NCBI GenBank assembly: GCA_034717975.1
Contig: JAYEMF010000011.1
Span: 28,471 to 58,700 of the forward strand
From: Campylobacterota bacterium
GTDB taxonomy: Bacteria; Campylobacterota; Campylobacteria; Campylobacterales; Sulfurimonadaceae
Direction of reading: 5' to 3'
DNA length: 30,230 nt
The translations under genes and the position numbers were made by a program. The notes under the pieces were generated by a model. It saw only the letters and a program-made list of their open reading frames with translations. It was not told where the DNA came from and did no database searches. How positions within the stretch are numbered: the first letter of the stretch is position 1; every line of letters starts with the position of its first letter. Shown one piece after another: positions 21,291 to 29,265 of the stretch.

Positions 21291-22013
21291 TTAATTCTTC
21301 AAGAAGATCTCTTTAGCGCGCTCGAGGTCTTCGACTGTATCGATACCAAAACCGGTGCTCGCTACTTTGACCATGGTGATCTTCTTCCCATGGTAGATGG
21401 CACGGAGCTGCTCAAGCTTCTCAATATCTTCAATCGGTGCGTCATCGAGGGCGCAGAAGTCATGCAGACTCTTTTTTGTAAAGCCGTAGATCCCGATATG
21501 GCCAAAATAGGTAGCCGACCCGCTTCGATTGTAAGGGATTTGACTGCGGGAGAAGTAGATGGCGTTGTGATCGTGATCGAGGATGACTTTGACAAGGTTT
21601 GGATCTTCTGCTGCTTCGGCGTTGATGGCGTTATAACAGCTGCCCATGATGAAAGGTGCGTTATCACTCTTTAATTTATGGAGGCGATCCATCAGCAGGC
21701 TGACCACTTCAGCTTCTATGAAAGGCTCATCTGCCTGGATATTGATAACAAGTTCATCATCGGGGATATCCAGCAGCTGGGCACATTCGTTGATACGATC
21801 GGTACCGCTTTTATGGGTTGATGAGGTGAGCATCGCCTCGACACCGTGTGCTTTACAGATCTCGATGATCTCTTCATCTTCGGCGGCAACTACTACCCGG
21901 TCAAGATGCGCGACCTGTTTAGCCGTACGAACGACCATCGGCAGGCCACCGATATCGGCGATCACTTTTTTAGGAAAACGGGTGGATGAGAGTCGGGCAG
22001 GGATAATGATCAT
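21291..22013 (-). CDS. kdsB: 3-deoxy-manno-octulosonate cytidylyltransferase
   Basis: IIPARLSSTRFPKK, SGTDR, QADEP, YFSRS, HIGIY and EKLEQLR motifs. Confidence 0.97.
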   Translation of the reverse strand: MIIIPARLSSTRFPKKVIADIGGLPMVVRTAKQVAHLDRVVVAAEDEEIIEICKAHGVEAMLTSSTHKSGTDRINECAQLLDIPDDELVINIQADEPFIEAEVVSLLMDRLHKLKSDNAPFIMGSCYNAINAEAAEDPNLVKVILDHDHNAIYFSRSQIPYNRSGSATYFGHIGIYGFTKKSLHDFCALDDAPIEDIEKLEQLRAIYHGKKITMVKVASTGFGIDTVEDLERAKEIFLKN

Positions 22014-22025
22014 GGCGGTACCTTT

Positions 22026-22060
22026 AGGGAAGAGGGAAGGGGGAAGAGGGAAGTGGAAAA
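22026..22060 (+). repeat. Tandem purine heptamer repeat (RGGGAAG)x4 plus one degenerate unit
   Basis: AGGGAAG AGGGAAG GGGGAAG AGGGAAG TGGAAAA. Confidence 0.9.
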
Positions 22061-22087
22061 GGCCACCCTGTTTACCCTGGCTCTTTG

Positions 22088-22110
22088 GATATAATTGCGC
22101 TTATTATATC
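22088..22110. promoter_or_regulatory. Symmetric bidirectional promoter (two opposed -10 boxes)
   Basis: GATATAAT-N7-ATTATATC between divergent kdsB and the methyltransferase gene. Confidence 0.65.
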
Positions 22111-22123
22111 GAGGGAGGACTAA

Positions 22124-22819
22124 ATGCTGCTTTATCAACCTGATTCAGGCTACTGTTACAACAGTGACTCCCTTTTTCTTTACAACTTTATCTCTTCATT
22201 CAATCCGCGTGGCCGGATGCTCGATGTCGGTGCAGGCAGTGGTGTCGTTGGCTTGCTTGTCGCTCGTGATAATCCGAAAGTGCTTCTTGAAGCCGTCGAA
22301 AAGCAGGATGATTTTGTAGCCTATGCGACGAAAAATGCTGAAGTCAATGGCATAGCCTATCAGATGCATCAGGGTGATTTTTTGAACTTTGAAGATGAAC
22401 AGGGGTTTGAGTATATCGTTTCGAATCCGCCGTTTTATCATGAAGGGGCCGATCGCAGTGAAGATGAAATGCGTCATGCCGCCCGTTATAATGTCCATCT
22501 TCCTTTAGAGGGTTTTTTTAAAAAGGCCGCTTGTCTTTTGCGTCCGCAGGGGCATTTTGTCTTCTGTTATGATCCGCAGCAGTTTGGTCTTATTGCAGCG
22601 GCTCTGGCGGCAGCAAAATTAAGGGTGGTTGATGTACAATTCGTCCATCCAAAAGTTGACAGACCAGCCTCGTTGGTAATGATCCATGCGCGGAAAAACT
22701 CCCGCTCACTTGCCAAAGTCTGGCCGCCGTTTATCAGCTTTGACGGGAATGAGTTTTCCGACCAGGCCAAAGCCGTCTATGCCAAAGCAAGGACACACAG
22801 TATAAAATGCCGACTATAA
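22124..22819 (+). CDS. tRNA1(Val) A37 N6-methyltransferase-like (TrmN6/YfiC family)
   Basis: YCYNSDS, LDVGAGSG SAM-binding motif, SNPPFY motif. Confidence 0.85.
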   Translation: MLLYQPDSGYCYNSDSLFLYNFISSFNPRGRMLDVGAGSGVVGLLVARDNPKVLLEAVEKQDDFVAYATKNAEVNGIAYQMHQGDFLNFEDEQGFEYIVSNPPFYHEGADRSEDEMRHAARYNVHLPLEGFFKKAACLLRPQGHFVFCYDPQQFGLIAAALAAAKLRVVDVQFVHPKVDRPASLVMIHARKNSRSLAKVWPPFISFDGNEFSDQAKAVYAKARTHSIKCRL

Positions 22820-23187
22820 TCAAAAAAGAGGGTTTCCCTTATGCTTTTGATCCTGATGAGTGTGCAAATTGCGGCGGACGCTGCTGTACCGGTGAGAGCG
22901 GCAACATTTTTGTCAATTCAGGTGAGATCCGGGCTATCGCAAGCGTGTTAAAGCTTGATGCAGAAGTTTTTAAATCCGGCTATCTGATCAAAAAAGGGTA
23001 CAGATACTCATTGCGGGAAAAAGTCGTCGGGGTATCGCATGACTGTATCTTCTACGATCGTGAGCATAACGGATGCAAGATCTATCTGGCACGGCCGATG
23101 CAGTGTCAAACCTTCCCGTTTTGGGACTACTATAAAGAGCGAGTGGATGAACTTAAAGTTGAATGTCCCGGTATCATTGATGCGTAA
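22807..23187 (+). CDS. YkgJ-family Zn/Fe-chelating cysteine cluster protein
   Basis: CANCGGRCC, CIFYD, CKIYLARPMQCQTFPFW, CPG. Confidence 0.88.
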   Translation: MPTIIKKEGFPYAFDPDECANCGGRCCTGESGNIFVNSGEIRAIASVLKLDAEVFKSGYLIKKGYRYSLREKVVGVSHDCIFYDREHNGCKIYLARPMQCQTFPFWDYYKERVDELKVECPGIIDA

Positions 23188-24454
23188 CACTGTTTTAGCC
23201 TTACTTGCGGTGATGCTCTTTGCCGGCTGTACGACACACCGTGATACTCCTCAGCGATCCAATGCCAAGGCTTTTTACGAAGAGGATGAGTACATCATGT
23301 ATGCACTCAGTGCCGAGCAATATGAAGAGTACGGTGCAGCATCTTCCATCTATATGACACTCTACAAACGTTCCGGAAAATCTGAGTACCTTTACCGCTC
23401 TTTGCAGATCGAACATAAGATGGGTGCCTATGATACGGTACTAGAGCGCGCTCAAAGCAACTTGGAAGAGAACCCTGATGATGAAACATTGATGCGATTT
23501 GAAATTTTTGCCTTGCTGGGCAAAAAAGAGTATGAAGCAGCTAAAACAGAAGCACTGGTTTTGGTTGAACGTACGAAAAAGCCTCAGGACTATCTTATCG
23601 TGAGTGAGATATACATCAAGCAAAAGCATTATGACACAGCACTGAAATATCTTGAACGAGCGTATGCTATCAATTATGACGAGGTGATACTCGACAAGAT
23701 GTCCATTGTCCTATATGTCAACCTTGGCAGAAAAAGTGAAGCGATCTCCCATCTGGAAACGCATAGCCGTCTGCATGGATGCTCTGCGATAATCTGTAAT
23801 CGTCTGGCCGGCTTCTACAGTGAACAGAACGATCTGGAAGGGATGCTCTCAACCTATCTGCGCCTGCATGAGATAGATCCATTCAAAAAAGAGTATGGAG
23901 AGGCAGTTGTCAAGATATACAATTACCAAAAAGATTATCCGAAGCTGATGGTTTTCCTGGAAAAGAGCCATGTGGATGATCGGATGCTGCTGCAGCTTTA
24001 TATCAACAATAAGTCCTATGAGAAAGCAGCCGTATTGGCAGCTGAACTGTATGAAAAAGAGGGTGATGTAGCCTATCTTGGCCAATATGCCATTTTTACT
24101 TATGAAAGCGCTGAGGATAAAAACGATCCTAAGATGCTGCAGCAGGTGATGGATGCTTTCAGAACCGTATTGCAGCAGAGCCGTGATGCCCTTTATTACA
24201 ACTATCTTGGGTATCTGATGATCGATCATGACCTGGATATCGACGAGGGAATCGGCTATGTTAAAAAAGCGCTGGAGATCGAACCGGATTCACCTTACTA
24301 TAAAGACTCATTGGGTTGGGGCTATTACAAGCAGGGTAAATGTGTTGAGGCATTTAAATTGATCAAGCAGGTTGAAAAAGAGCTTGGCAACGATGATGAA
24401 GAGGTCAAAGGCCATCTTGATGCTATAAAAAAATGTTTAAAGAGGATGAAATAA
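23180..24454 (+). CDS. TPR-repeat lipoprotein
   Basis: Start reassigned to ATG 23180 (MRNTVLALLAVMLFAGC lipobox); TPR helices, YYNYLGY and DSLGWGYY. Confidence 0.85.
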   Translation: MRNTVLALLAVMLFAGCTTHRDTPQRSNAKAFYEEDEYIMYALSAEQYEEYGAASSIYMTLYKRSGKSEYLYRSLQIEHKMGAYDTVLERAQSNLEENPDDETLMRFEIFALLGKKEYEAAKTEALVLVERTKKPQDYLIVSEIYIKQKHYDTALKYLERAYAINYDEVILDKMSIVLYVNLGRKSEAISHLETHSRLHGCSAIICNRLAGFYSEQNDLEGMLSTYLRLHEIDPFKKEYGEAVVKIYNYQKDYPKLMVFLEKSHVDDRMLLQLYINNKSYEKAAVLAAELYEKEGDVAYLGQYAIFTYESAEDKNDPKMLQQVMDAFRTVLQQSRDALYYNYLGYLMIDHDLDIDEGIGYVKKALEIEPDSPYYKDSLGWGYYKQGKCVEAFKLIKQVEKELGNDDEEVKGHLDAIKKCLKRMK

Positions 24455-24457
24455 CGA

Positions 24458-25249
24458 ATGATTTTAGATGATATTATTGCGAAGACCAAGGCAGACCTTG
24501 AAGTACGGGAAAAAGAGTTTACGATGGATTGGCTGGGGCGTTCACTCGCGTTCAACTCCCGCCAGCCGCGTGAGGTTATTTCGCATCTGACTTCAACACC
24601 GGATCAGCCTTACCGCATTATCTCGGAAGTGAAAAAAGCGAGCCCTTCCAAAGGGGTTATCCGTGAAGATTTTGATCCGCTCGCTATTGCTCAGGGCTAT
24701 GAGAGAGGCGGAGCAAATGCCATCTCTGTTTTGACTGAGCCGCACTTTTTTCAGGGAGACCTTGAGTATCTCGCCGGTATCCGCCGTTACGTGGGGATCC
24801 CGTTACTGCGTAAAGATTTTATCGTCTCCAAATACCAGGTACTTGAAGCACTGGTCTATGGTGCGGATTTTATTCTTTTGATTGCGGCGGCACTTGGGCG
24901 TAAAGAGCTCAAAGAGCTGTTGAACTATGCCTATCATCTTGGTTTGGGTGTCTTGGTCGAAGTACATGATAAAGCTGATCTGACCAAGGCGATGTATGCG
25001 GGTGCAGATATCATCGGTATCAACCATCGTAACCTTCAGACTTTTGAGATGAATATGAATCTCTGTTACGATCTGATTCCGCTAATTCCAAATGGCAAGA
25101 TTATTGTGGCTGAAAGCGGCATCTACGAACACGGCCAGCTGGAAGATCTCAATAAAGCCGGTGTCGATGCTTTTTTGGTAGGTGAGTCTTTAATGCGTCA
25201 GGATGATGTAGAGAGTGCGCTTCGTTGTTTGAAAACGGGTGAGTGTTAA
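24458..25249 (+). CDS. trpC: Indole-3-glycerol phosphate synthase
   Basis: [30 protein letters not shown] and VAESGI motifs. Confidence 0.98.
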   Translation: MILDDIIAKTKADLEVREKEFTMDWLGRSLAFNSRQPREVISHLTSTPDQPYRIISEVKKASPSKGVIREDFDPLAIAQGYERGGANAISVLTEPHFFQGDLEYLAGIRRYVGIPLLRKDFIVSKYQVLEALVYGADFILLIAAALGRKELKELLNYAYHLGLGVLVEVHDKADLTKAMYAGADIIGINHRNLQTFEMNMNLCYDLIPLIPNGKIIVAESGIYEHGQLEDLNKAGVDAFLVGESLMRQDDVESALRCLKTGEC

Positions 25250-25265
25250 GAGGTTAAGGTTTTGG

Positions 25266-25288
25266 CCTGACGATAAGATATCGCCAGG
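25266..25288. terminator. Hairpin between convergent trpC and yqeY
   Basis: CCTGACGATA-aga-TATCGCCAGG (fully paired with one G.U on the minus strand). Confidence 0.5.
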
Positions 25289-25296
25289 AAATAGGT

Positions 25297-25740
25297 TTAC
25301 GAAAGCAGTTGTTTAACACAGCTGCTGATACGCTTACCGTCAGCTTTACCGGCGAGTTCTGTTGATGCCGCTCCCATTACTTTACCCATATCTTTCATTG
25401 ACTCGGCACCTACAGCGGCAATAATCGCTTTAACGCTTGCTTCAAGTTCAGCGTCATCAAGTTGCGTTGGAAGGTAGAGCTCATAGATGGCAATTTCGGA
25501 AAGTTCTTTTTCCAGCAGGTCATCACGGCCAGCGTCTTTGTATTGTGCTGCCGCATCATTACGCTGTTTTATCTGCTTCTGGATGATCTTGATGACAGCA
25601 TCATCATCCAGTTCTATGCGCTCATCCACTTCGATCTGTTTCATGGCACTTGCGAGCAGTCTCAGGGCATCGCGTTTTTCGGTCTCTTTGGCTTTCATCG
25701 CCTCTTTGATGTCATTTTTGATCTGATCTTTTAAGCTCAT
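25297..25740 (-). CDS. GatB/YqeY domain protein
   Basis: DIKEAMKAK, YKDAGRDDL, YLPTQL, KDMGKVMG, GKADGK. Confidence 0.93.
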   Translation of the reverse strand: MSLKDQIKNDIKEAMKAKETEKRDALRLLASAMKQIEVDERIELDDDAVIKIIQKQIKQRNDAAAQYKDAGRDDLLEKELSEIAIYELYLPTQLDDAELEASVKAIIAAVGAESMKDMGKVMGAASTELAGKADGKRISSCVKQLLS

Positions 25741-25748
25741 TGGTTTCC

Positions 25749-25765
25749 TTGGAACAATTTTTGCT
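25749..25765 (+). promoter_or_regulatory. sigma54 (-24/-12) promoter of flgH
   Basis: TTGGAAC-AATTT-TTGCT, with GG and GC 12 nt apart, upstream of a flagellar middle-class gene. Confidence 0.8.
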
Positions 25766-25810
25766 CGAATTATAGCAAAATATGCGTAGTCTTGCGCCTA
25801 AGAGAGAACG

Positions 25811-26524
25811 ATGATCAAAATTATCTCAACTGCATTATTTGTCATTTTACTGTTTAGCGGCTGTACAGCGAAACTGACAGAACCGGAGATCGCTTTTACT
25901 CCGCCGGAATATGTTGAACAGATGCCTGCGCGTGATCATGAGCAGGATTTTGTTTCGACTGGCAGCATCTTTGGAAAAGGGGATAATCCGCTCTTCTCCG
26001 ATCATAAGGCGATGAACGTCAATGATATTGTAACGGTTGTAATCACTGAAAATGCGAGTAGTTCCAATAATGCAAAAAAATCGCTTGCAGAAACTGACAC
26101 CGGTGCTCTAGGCGGCGGAATTTTCAGTACTGCGGGTGATAACGGTGCGGTGAACTCATGGGTTGGTAAAGCCAATGGCCTGACCGATATAGGTTTTAAT
26201 ACCAACAGTACTTCTTCGTACAGTGGCCAGGGGTCCTCCAGCAAAGATGCTTCGTTCTCGACCACGGTTTCTGCCCGTGTGGTTAAAGTGATGCAAAATG
26301 GAAACTATTTTATCAGTGGACGCCGTGAGATCTTGATCGATGATGAAAAACAGATTATTCAGATCAGCGGTGTGATCCGCCCCTACGATATTGATCAAAA
26401 TAACCAGATATATTCTGCGCAGATCTCTGATGCGAAGATTCTCTATAGCAGCGAAGGTGACATAGAGCGTGCGACGAAACAGGGGTGGGGAACGAAGCTT
26501 GTTCACGCAGTCTGGCCTTTCTGA
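25811..26524 (+). CDS. flgH: Flagellar L-ring protein FlgH
   Basis: Lipobox LFSGC, LFSDHKAMNVNDIVTVVI, NGNYFISG, SGVIRPYDI, C-terminal WPF. Confidence 0.96.
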   Translation: MIKIISTALFVILLFSGCTAKLTEPEIAFTPPEYVEQMPARDHEQDFVSTGSIFGKGDNPLFSDHKAMNVNDIVTVVITENASSSNNAKKSLAETDTGALGGGIFSTAGDNGAVNSWVGKANGLTDIGFNTNSTSSYSGQGSSSKDASFSTTVSARVVKVMQNGNYFISGRREILIDDEKQIIQISGVIRPYDIDQNNQIYSAQISDAKILYSSEGDIERATKQGWGTKLVHAVWPF

Positions 26525-26633
26525 TTTTAGACTGTTTTTCTACCTCTGCCCGTAAGGAATTCACTATAGAGGTGGCATAAAGTTATACTTTGCTACGATA
26601 TGTGTACCTTAATACTGTAGAGGATTCCTTGCC

Positions 26634-28124
26634 ATGCACTGCAAAATAATTTTATCGCTCATAATAGCTTTTTTTGGTGTAACATCCCTTCATGCTCAGA
26701 GTTTTGAGGATTTCAAACGAGCTCAATTCAAATCATATAGCAAATATAAAGAAGAGCGCGATCAGGCATTTAAGAACTATTTGACCAAAGAGTGGAAGGC
26801 TTATCAGCTCTCACAGGGTAAAAAACTTTATGAAAAACCCAAGCCTAAGACTATACCAAAAACAATACCAACTGAACATGCACCTGTCGGACCAAAGGTG
26901 ACGATCAAGATTCCTAAACTGCCCGTAGCGCCAAAGCCTGTTGTTGAAATAAAGCCTGAAGTTCCTGCCAAACCTGTCGAAAAGCAGTTTCCTGAACCGA
27001 AAAAACCGATTCAGGCAGAAAAAAAAGCTGTATCAGAGCCTGACAGGATGGATTTTTACTTTTTTGGGACAAAAGTCTCACTGATTGTTCCTGCATCAAT
27101 GCGACATGCCAAACTTTCATCATATGATCAAAGGGGGATTGCCGGTTTTTTTGACCAGCTGGCTACCAATGAGTATGAAAAGGTTCTTAGCTCATTTGAA
27201 AAGCAGCATGAGCAGCTTCAGCTGAATGACTGGGGCGGGTATCTGTTGCTTAAAGCAGTCAGTGAGAAACTTTACAATAAGCCTGCCGAAGCAACGCTGT
27301 TTAGCTGGTTCATCTTAAACAAGCAGGGCTATGCCGTCAAAGTCGGCTTGAGTGGTAGCGAGCCGGTTTTACTCCTCCATTCAAAAAAGGTGATCTATTC
27401 AACACCAAATTACAGTTTTGGCAAAGAGAAATATTACGCCATTGAATATTATGGAAAAAAGGGAACAGGGAGATTGAAAACCTATCCTGAGAAATACCAG
27501 AATGCCGATAAACCATTCAATATGAGCCTTCAGACAATGCCTGATCTTCATCCTTATCAAAAGTCAAAAGTATTGATATTTCGTTATCGGGGGGCTGAAC
27601 ATACCATCAATGTCTCCTATAATAAAAACCTGATCGATTTTATGGAAACCTATCCTCAGGCTGATTATGCAACCTATTTCAATGCTCCTCTAAGCAGTGA
27701 AAATAGAATCTTGCTTCTTAAGCAACTAAAGCCTATGCTCGATGGCAAGCAGGCAAGCCGTGCGATTAACTTTTTACTCTTCTTTGTCCAGCATGCCTTT
27801 GAATATCAGGTAGATGATCAGCAGTTTGGCCGGGAAAAGGTGATGTTTGCTGATGAGACGCTTTATTATAACGCGTCTGATTGTGAAGACCGTGCCGTAC
27901 TCTTTGCCTATCTGGTGAAAGAGCTTTTCAATGTAGATGTAATCGGGGTCAAATATAAAGATCATATGGCCACAGCCATAGCCGTCCCGATGAAAGGTGA
28001 AACTATAAAATTTGGACAATCACGTTATGTGATTGCCGATCCGACCTATATCAATGCCTCAGTTGGACAGAGTATGCCGAAGTACCGAAACATCACTCCG
28101 GACAGTTTTATCCGTGTGGAGTGA
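26634..28124 (+). CDS. Exported hypothetical protein with Pro/Lys-rich linker and C-terminal transglutaminase-like (Cys-His-Asp) domain
   Basis: Signal peptide; SDCEDRA, KDHMATAI and IADPTY motifs. Confidence 0.75.
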   Translation: MHCKIILSLIIAFFGVTSLHAQSFEDFKRAQFKSYSKYKEERDQAFKNYLTKEWKAYQLSQGKKLYEKPKPKTIPKTIPTEHAPVGPKVTIKIPKLPVAPKPVVEIKPEVPAKPVEKQFPEPKKPIQAEKKAVSEPDRMDFYFFGTKVSLIVPASMRHAKLSSYDQRGIAGFFDQLATNEYEKVLSSFEKQHEQLQLNDWGGYLLLKAVSEKLYNKPAEATLFSWFILNKQGYAVKVGLSGSEPVLLLHSKKVIYSTPNYSFGKEKYYAIEYYGKKGTGRLKTYPEKYQNADKPFNMSLQTMPDLHPYQKSKVLIFRYRGAEHTINVSYNKNLIDFMETYPQADYATYFNAPLSSENRILLLKQLKPMLDGKQASRAINFLLFFVQHAFEYQVDDQQFGREKVMFADETLYYNASDCEDRAVLFAYLVKELFNVDVIGVKYKDHMATAIAVPMKGETIKFGQSRYVIADPTYINASVGQSMPKYRNITPDSFIRVE

Positions 28125-28135
28125 TTTGTAGGGAT

Positions 28136-28184
28136 GAGTAACGGTCGCGCTGAGCCCGTTTAGGGTTCAGCGCGACCGTTGCTC
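28136..28184. repeat. 22-bp-stem GC-rich palindrome at the edge of the cassette array
   Basis: GAGTAACGGTCGCGCTGAGCCC-gttta-GGGTTCAGCGCGACCGTTGCTC, 20/22 Watson-Crick plus two G.T. Confidence 0.9.
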
Positions 28185-28202
28185 GTTGCAGCAAAGCGGA
28201 AA

Positions 28203-28269
28203 CGAGCAAGACTGACTTGAACTGTAAATTTTCGCTAGAAAATTTATTAGTTCCAAGGTTTTGTTGTAC
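28203..28269 (-). mobile_element. Integron attC site (terminal, R' box degenerate)
   Basis: Minus strand R'' GTACAAC-AAAAC-L'' CTTGGAAC...L' GTTCAAG-TCAGTC-TTGCTCG; extra base in L''; no GTT at R'. Confidence 0.7.
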
Positions 28270-28272
28270 TTT

Positions 28273-28956
28273 TTAGTCTAGTAAAGCCATACTGTTTTGA
28301 ATACTCTCATCTATAAACTTTAAAAGTTCATTTTTGTCATTAATAGCTGTTAAGTATTCATCTCTATGCTCATTTTCTATAAGTGGTGGAACAATATTAT
28401 TTTGTATTGCTTGAAAAGCCATTATTAATCTTCCAACTCTTCCATTACCATCAGCAAACGGATGCACTCTTTCAAATAATATATGAAACTCTGCAATATT
28501 TAACAGACTCATATTATTGCTATCGAATCTATAAAGTAAATTTTCTAAATCATTTGAGATTTTATTTGGTGCTGATAGTTTTATATCTACACCTTTTATA
28601 TATCTTTCATCTAGTCTATATGCTCCAACGGGTTTAGAAACATATTCAGGTGCTACTTTTAAAGCATCTTCAAACATGATTGCATGGATATCTTTTATAA
28701 AACTACTATTAATAATAATTTCTTTATTGGTAGCCTCACGAACTATTACATCGTAAGCTTTTGCAAAACCCAATATTACAAGTTGTTCACCTAGTGGTTT
28801 ATGCCCTGCTGTATGTCCTAGCTCTAGTAGTTCTTTTGTTTCACCAAAAGAAAGAGTTGTTCCTTCCATCGCATTTGAATGATGAGTGATTGATATACGA
28901 AGTTGTCTGAAAAGTTCTTCTCTTTGTTTTAGTGATAGTTCATTTAATTTTTTCAT
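28273..28956 (-). CDS. Fic-family protein (class II, N-terminal inhibitory helix), cassette-borne
   Basis: HPFADGNGRVGR Fic motif; SNAMEG inhibitory motif; AAGGAG RBS; stop 3 nt before the attC. Confidence 0.92.
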   Translation of the reverse strand: MKKLNELSLKQREELFRQLRISITHHSNAMEGTTLSFGETKELLELGHTAGHKPLGEQLVILGFAKAYDVIVREATNKEIIINSSFIKDIHAIMFEDALKVAPEYVSKPVGAYRLDERYIKGVDIKLSAPNKISNDLENLLYRFDSNNMSLLNIAEFHILFERVHPFADGNGRVGRLIMAFQAIQNNIVPPLIENEHRDEYLTAINDKNELLKFIDESIQNSMALLD

Positions 28957-28962
28957 AATATT

Positions 28963-29202
28963 TTATCTCCTTGTTTATCTTCTTAGTGCAATAATGAAAT
29001 GGTACACTATAAAACCCGTAATAAGTTTATTAAGCATCCATATATAAAAAAATCAGCATAGACTGAATCGTTACTTGGCATTTTTATATTCATAAATATT
29101 GCTAGGTTATTTAGTGATCCAAATTTAAATAAATAAATTATTAAAGATAATCCTAAAATTATTATCTCTTACATATTCAAAACAATTTTTTGCTATTTCA
29201 AC
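28963..29202 (-). pseudogene. Probable eroded gene remnants upstream of fic
   Basis: 14 codons VEIAKNCFEYVRDN, then in another frame a hydrophobic tail needing +1 T in a T7 run and read-through of one TAA (..YHFIIALRR*TRR*). Confidence 0.5.
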
Positions 29203-29265
29203 GTTTCTCTTGAACCATATAGTTTCGCCGTAGGGGAAACTATTGGTTCCTAGTTTTTGTTATAT
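29196..29265 (-). mobile_element. Integron attC site
   Basis: Minus strand R'' ATATAAC-AAAAA-L'' CTAGGAAC-inner hairpin-L' GTTCAAG-AGAAAC-R' GTTGAAA; 70 bp. Confidence 0.85.

Noticed and set aside
23039..23179. N-terminal extension of the 471-aa TPR ORF in the ORF track
   Set aside because: It overlaps the YkgJ gene; the ATG at 23180 gives a proper lipoprotein signal peptide
26566..26578. TATAGAGGTGGCA as a third copy of the 18-bp repeat
   Set aside because: Only 10 of 13 core bases match, and it pairs with CTACCTCT upstream, so it fits a stem after flgH better
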